From contig CAYJAJ010000003.1 in the NCBI GenBank assembly GCA_964368495.1, forward strand, positions 776-64,775: DNA of 64,000 bases. Direction: 5' to 3'. Positions 60,538 to 64,000 of this stretch are shown here, piece by piece. Position 1 is the stretch's first letter; each line of letters starts with the position of its first letter. The stretch is from an uncultured Holdemania sp. Lineage in GTDB: Bacteria; Bacillota_I; Bacilli_A; Erysipelotrichales; Erysipelotrichaceae. Both the position numbers and the translations under genes were made by a program. A model generated the notes under the pieces. The model was not told the DNA's origin and did not search any database. It saw only the letters and a program-made list of their open reading frames with translations.

Positions 60538-60921
60538 ATGGGTATGGATAATAAAATAAAAATCAACTCAGAAATAGAGATTACACTGGATATGATAGGT
60601 GGAAAATGCAAACCACTAATTCTATATATCTTAATAAAAGACGGTAAAAAACGTTTTAATGAGTTACTACGATTCATCACAACAATTTCTCAAAAAACAC
60701 TGACAAATCAACTTAGAGAACTTGAGGCAGATGGTTTAATCTATAGAAAATCTTATGACAGTATTCCACCAAAAGTAGAATATTCGATTACAGAAGAAGG
60801 TGCCTCACTTGTTAAAATCTTAGATTTAATGTGTGTTTGGGGTCATGGACATAACAATGGAAAATATGAAGTTGTTAATGACATTAGTGAACTATGTGCT
60901 ATTAATTGTGATTGTGAATGA
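60538..60921 (+). CDS. HxlR (DUF24) family transcriptional regulator
   Basis: 127 aa. IGGKCKPLILYILIKDGKKRFNELLRFITTISQKTLTNQLRELEADGLIYRKSYDSIPPKVEYSITEEG. Unusual Cys-rich C-terminal tail CAINCDCE. Confidence 0.8.
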   Translation: MGMDNKIKINSEIEITLDMIGGKCKPLILYILIKDGKKRFNELLRFITTISQKTLTNQLRELEADGLIYRKSYDSIPPKVEYSITEEGASLVKILDLMCVWGHGHNNGKYEVVNDISELCAINCDCE

Positions 60922-60928
60922 TGAAAAC

Positions 60929-60968
60929 AAAGGTTTATGTGGTTGAATAACTACTTAAACCTTTTTTT
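60929..60968 (+). terminator. Intrinsic terminator after hxlR-like gene
   Basis: AAAGGTTTA / TAAACCTTT 9-bp stem, 18-nt loop, followed by a T run. Confidence 0.6.
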
Positions 60969-61041
60969 GTGGTTACCTATAATTAACTTAGTGAAAAAAA
61001 AGTGCGTACTTGTTTTTTCTTGTTTATTCAACTAAACTTTA

Positions 61042-61058
61042 ACAGTAAATATTACTGT
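61042..61058. promoter_or_regulatory. Candidate operator palindrome upstream of the permease gene
   Basis: ACAGTA-aatat-TACTGT: perfect 6-bp inverted arms, 36 nt upstream of the permease ATG. Confidence 0.35.
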
Positions 61059-61093
61059 ATAGCAAAAAATATTAGACAAGGAGGAATTCAATT

Positions 61094-62200
61094 ATGGATT
61101 TTATTTACGAGTTATTTATCAACTGGGGATTTTCTGATAGCGTATCAAGGGTAGTTTCATTTTTTCTATTTGAAATTATGTATTTAAGCACAATATTAAT
61201 GATAGGACTTACAGTGTTTACCTTTATTAGAGTTCGATTTTTAGGCAATGATTTTGCAGAGAAATTGCAAAAAAAGCCAAAATGGCTTGTGTATTTAGGT
61301 ATGGCACTTTTAGGGATTATCTCTCCCTTTTGTTCTTGTAGTACGATTCCGGTGTTTGTATCTTTTTCAGCATTGGGTGTTCCAACAGGTGCATTATTTG
61401 TCTTTTTGATAACTTCACCTATGGTGCAAGAAGCATCACTGATTTTACTTTTAACAGAGTTTGGTATTCCTGTTGCGATTGTTTATGTACTCTTAGGAGT
61501 TCTTGCGGGTATGATTGTGGGAACGATTATCTCAAGAGCAAAAGATAGTGATTTGTTTAATGAAAGTGTACTTGCAAAAAGAGAAAATCGTCAAAGCAAA
61601 GTCCAACCAATAACTGTATTTTGCTGTGATAATGTAAAACCATCTATATCAAGTTGCTGTGGTGATACTGAGACAAGCACACAAACTACAAGTTGCTGTG
61701 ATGATACTGAAGGCTCAACTGTGTCAAGTTGTTGTGGATCTGATGATGGTCACTCAACTAGAGAGATTGATCCTAAAAGAAATCCGCTCAAATATTCTAT
61801 GAATGAAGCGGTTGCAATTATGAAACGTACATTTAAGTTTATTGTAATTGGCATTGCAGTAGGATCTTTCATTTATGGATTGGTTCCTGAGGAGTTAATA
61901 CAGAATCTGCTTGGAACTTCAAATACGATTGCACCGGTTCTTGCAACCTTAGTGGGTATACCTATTTATGCTGATGATGTTGCCCTTATTCCAATAGCTA
62001 AAACATTAGTAGATGCAGGCGCAGGGCTTGGAACTGCATTAGCCTTTGTTATGTCGTCAGCTGTTGTATCTATTCCATCGTTTATTATGCTAGGCGCAGC
62101 ACTAAAAAAGAAAACTCTTGTAAAGTTGGCGGCTTCTTTGAGCATACTAATTATAATTATTGGTTATATATTTAATTTTATATCACCATTTATTATGTAA
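61094..62200 (+). CDS. Predicted permease (DUF318/ArsP-like family) with a cysteine-rich cytoplasmic loop
   Basis: 368 aa, two multi-TM halves. SPFCSCSTIPVF motif in the first half. Central loop FCCDN...SCCGD...SCCDD...SCCGSDDGH. Confidence 0.55.
   Translation: MDFIYELFINWGFSDSVSRVVSFFLFEIMYLSTILMIGLTVFTFIRVRFLGNDFAEKLQKKPKWLVYLGMALLGIISPFCSCSTIPVFVSFSALGVPTGALFVFLITSPMVQEASLILLLTEFGIPVAIVYVLLGVLAGMIVGTIISRAKDSDLFNESVLAKRENRQSKVQPITVFCCDNVKPSISSCCGDTETSTQTTSCCDDTEGSTVSSCCGSDDGHSTREIDPKRNPLKYSMNEAVAIMKRTFKFIVIGIAVGSFIYGLVPEELIQNLLGTSNTIAPVLATLVGIPIYADDVALIPIAKTLVDAGAGLGTALAFVMSSAVVSIPSFIMLGAALKKKTLVKLAASLSILIIIIGYIFNFISPFIM
61618..61753 (+). repeat. In-frame tandem repeat encoding four CC-(D/G) motifs
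   Basis: Units AGTTGCTGTGGTGATACTGAGACAAGC... (61652..61690), AGTTGCTGTGATGATACTGAAGGCTCA... (61691..61726) and AGTTGTTGTGGATCTGATGAT... (61727..61753), plus a diverged unit at 61618..61651. Confidence 0.7.
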
Positions 62201-62248
62201 AGGCTAGATGGTGATAAAACATAGAAATTGTTGACTAATAGGAGGTTT

Positions 62249-62572
62249 ATGAAAATAATATTTGACGGAAAAGAAGTAACAGGAAATGAAAATGCAACAA
62301 ATCTAGTAGAATTTTTAGATGAACAAGGTATTGAGATAGTGGCACCTTGCTTTCGAAGTAAAAGAGCAGGTGGCTGTTGCTCTGCATGTGGATTAGAAGT
62401 AGATGGTAAAAAGGAATTTGCCTGTACTTTAAAGCCTAAAAATGGAATGAAAATTGTTTACAATCGACAAGATTTAATCAATGATCGTAAAGAAAAATTT
62501 CTTGAATTTCAAAAAGTGTTAAAAGAGGGTAAGGAAAATTCTTGTTGTAAGTGTTCATGTAAAAACTGTTAA
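62249..62572 (+). CDS. Small 2Fe-2S ferredoxin-like protein (NuoG N-terminal/Fer2_4-like) with a Cys-rich tail
   Basis: ORF trimmed to the ATG at 62249 (SD AGGAGG). IFDGKEV ... APCFRSKRAGGCCSACGLEVDGKKEFACTLKPKNGMKIV fits the C-x8-C-x2-C-x11-C pattern. C-terminus NSCCKCSCKNC. Confidence 0.5.
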   Translation: MKIIFDGKEVTGNENATNLVEFLDEQGIEIVAPCFRSKRAGGCCSACGLEVDGKKEFACTLKPKNGMKIVYNRQDLINDRKEKFLEFQKVLKEGKENSCCKCSCKNC

Positions 62573-62611
62573 GCATTAATAATTTTTTGGTTGTTGTTAG
62601 ATTTTTAAAAT

Positions 62612-62646
62612 AAGGAGTGGCTGTTCGGTAGCCACTTCTTATTTTT
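62612..62646 (+). terminator. Intrinsic terminator
   Basis: AAGGAGTGGCT-gttcggt-AGCCACTTCTT followed by ATTTTT. Confidence 0.75.
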
Positions 62647-62784
62647 GATAAAAATCCTCCTTGCCATATTATTTAAGTAAAGTTATATATCGCAAATATA
62701 ATGAATATAAATAAATAATAAAGAAAAATTAATATTAATTAACTTGTTTAGTTTCTATATTTTGATTATACTAATATAAGAAAG

Positions 62785-63795
62785 TTGGTGACGGTTTTGA
62801 AAGTATTACTCTACTTTGAAGCGGAGAAAATGATACAGACATCTGGAATAGGTCGAGCGCTTAAGCATCAACAAGCAGCTTTAGATTATGTCTCTGTAGA
62901 GTGGACTTGTGATCCGAGCGATGACTATGATATTCTTCATATTAATACTGTTGGAATAACTAGTTCATCAATAATTACAAAAGCTAGAAAATTGGGAAAA
63001 CCAATAATATATCACGCTCATTCTACTGAAGAAGATTTCCGTAATTCTTTTGTTTTATCTAATCAAATTGCGCCATTTTTTAAAAAGCATTTAGTTAATT
63101 TGTATTCAATGGCAGACACTATTTTAACGCCTACACCATATAGTAAATCATTATTGGAAGGCTATGGCATAGATGTGCCAATTGTAGCAATTTCGAATGG
63201 AATTGATTTGGATCGATTCAATTATGAAATAGAAAAAGAGATTGCTTATAAAAAATATTTTAATCTGAGAGAAGATCAAAAAGTTGTTTTATCTGTGGGA
63301 CTATATTTTGAAAGAAAAGGAATTTTAGATTTCATTGAAGTTGCTAAAAGACTTCCTGAATATACATTTATATGGTTTGGTTTTACACCATTAATTAGTG
63401 TTCCTCAAAACATAAGAGATGTAATTGAATCACATCCAAAAAATGTTATTTTTCCAGGATATGTAAAAGGTCCGATTATTGAAGGAGCATACTTAAGTGC
63501 AGATTGTTTTTTCTTTCCATCACACGAGGAAACAGAGGGAATTGTCGTGCTTGAGGCATTAGCATCATATCAAAATTGTGTATTAAGAGATATTGGAGTA
63601 TTTGAACCGTGGTTGCATGATAAGGTTGATTGCTATAAAGGTAATACAGTTGACGAGTTCGTAGAACTTGTAAAAGGGGTAGTTGAAAAAACACTTCCAG
63701 ATGTATCAAAAGAAGCAAGAGAGGTTGCACAAAAACGAAGTATTGCTGAGGTTGGTAAGCAATTAAAAAAAATATACGAAGAAATTTTAAAATAG
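62785..63795 (+). CDS. GT4-family glycosyltransferase (glycolipid synthase-like)
   Basis: 336 aa. Start uncertain (TTG 62785 or TTG 62800, giving MKVLLYFE). SGIGRALKHQ ... a C-terminal EETEGIVVLEALA (E-x7-E) motif of GT4 retaining transferases. Confidence 0.7.
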   Translation: MVTVLKVLLYFEAEKMIQTSGIGRALKHQQAALDYVSVEWTCDPSDDYDILHINTVGITSSSIITKARKLGKPIIYHAHSTEEDFRNSFVLSNQIAPFFKKHLVNLYSMADTILTPTPYSKSLLEGYGIDVPIVAISNGIDLDRFNYEIEKEIAYKKYFNLREDQKVVLSVGLYFERKGILDFIEVAKRLPEYTFIWFGFTPLISVPQNIRDVIESHPKNVIFPGYVKGPIIEGAYLSADCFFFPSHEETEGIVVLEALASYQNCVLRDIGVFEPWLHDKVDCYKGNTVDEFVELVKGVVEKTLPDVSKEAREVAQKRSIAEVGKQLKKIYEEILK

Positions 63796-63804
63796 GGAAA
63801 TTGT

Positions 63805-64000
63805 ATGAAAAAGAAAAAAAATACGGCGCTCATCAATATTTTTCTTATTGTATTTTTTACAGTTTTAGTATTGTGGTTAGCACTGAGAAACAATTTTAAT
63901 GAAGTAATGGGAGTAATTAGCCAAGTTAGTTTAACTTGGGTTTTAGTTGTTCTTGGGGTAGCTATGCTTAAACAAATAATTATAGGATATATTATTATGG
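63805..64000 (+). CDS. Membrane protein, 5' partial at the window edge (possibly flippase-like/UPF0104 lysylphosphatidylglycerol-synthase TM-domain family)
   Basis: ATG at 63805. MKKKKNTALINIFLIVFFTVLVLWLALRNNFNEVMGVISQVSLTWVLVVLGVAMLKQ... runs off the window. The family guess is based only on the N-terminal pattern and the GT4 neighbour. Confidence 0.4.
   Translation, partial: MKKKKNTALINIFLIVFFTVLVLWLALRNNFNEVMGVISQVSLTWVLVVLGVAMLKQIIIGYIIM

Noticed and set aside
1-64000. CRISPR arrays, IS elements/transposases, rRNA genes, toxin-antitoxin pairs, recognisable defence systems
   Set aside because: I looked for regularly spaced direct repeats, terminal inverted repeats with transposase ORFs, and nuclease/ATPase/methylase defence-type genes. 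None was found by eye. The only repeats noted are the in-frame CC repeat (61618..61753) and the tandem 240-nt PFL minigenes.

Overview
Low-GC Firmicutes chromosomal segment, about one-third G+C by eye. About 65 of 67 genes lie on the + strand, and the content is mostly housekeeping. Gene order is Bacillus-like: cdsA-dxr-rseP; a guanine-riboswitch-controlled purE-purL-purM-purN-purH-purD operon; hpf; spoIIGA-sigE; yqeG-yqeH-yhbY-nadD/yqeK-rsfS-yqeM-mtnN; gpsB-rnpB; rodZ-pgsA-recA-rny-ymdB-spoVS. Anaerobic pyruvate metabolism is represented by PFL plus its activase and by PFOR. spoIIGA/sigE/spoVS together with a single-chain PurL suggest an anaerobic endospore-forming lineage (Clostridia or Erysipelotrichia-like); this is inference only. 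I found no CRISPR array, IS element, integrase, rRNA or obvious defence genes. The most unusual locus is pyruvate formate-lyase. It is split into a 685-aa catalytic core that lacks the glycyl-radical domain, followed by two tandem 79-aa minigenes. The second minigene is a canonical glycyl-radical domain (RVSGYAV). The first is a collinear paralogue with no radical glycine and a vicinal Cys-Cys. pflA follows directly. Other items worth a second look: (1) an orphan HTH-TPR (RRNPP-like) regulator with a strongly SD-preceded 24-codon ORF just upstream; (2) a cysteine-rich trio of HxlR regulator, DUF318/ArsP-like permease with a tandem CC-repeat loop, and a small 2Fe-2S-like protein with a Cys-rich tail; (3) a cluster of a small sigma-r4/ArpU-like protein, an orphan carrier protein, a split Alg14/Alg13-type glycosyltransferase and a CPBP protease, ending at tRNA-Ser; (4) a tRNA-Ser-proximal orphan gene plus a Y-family polymerase/YolD cassette; (5) two unknown membrane proteins with M20 and M42 peptidases. 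All calls come from reading the sequence and ORF translations; no searches were run.
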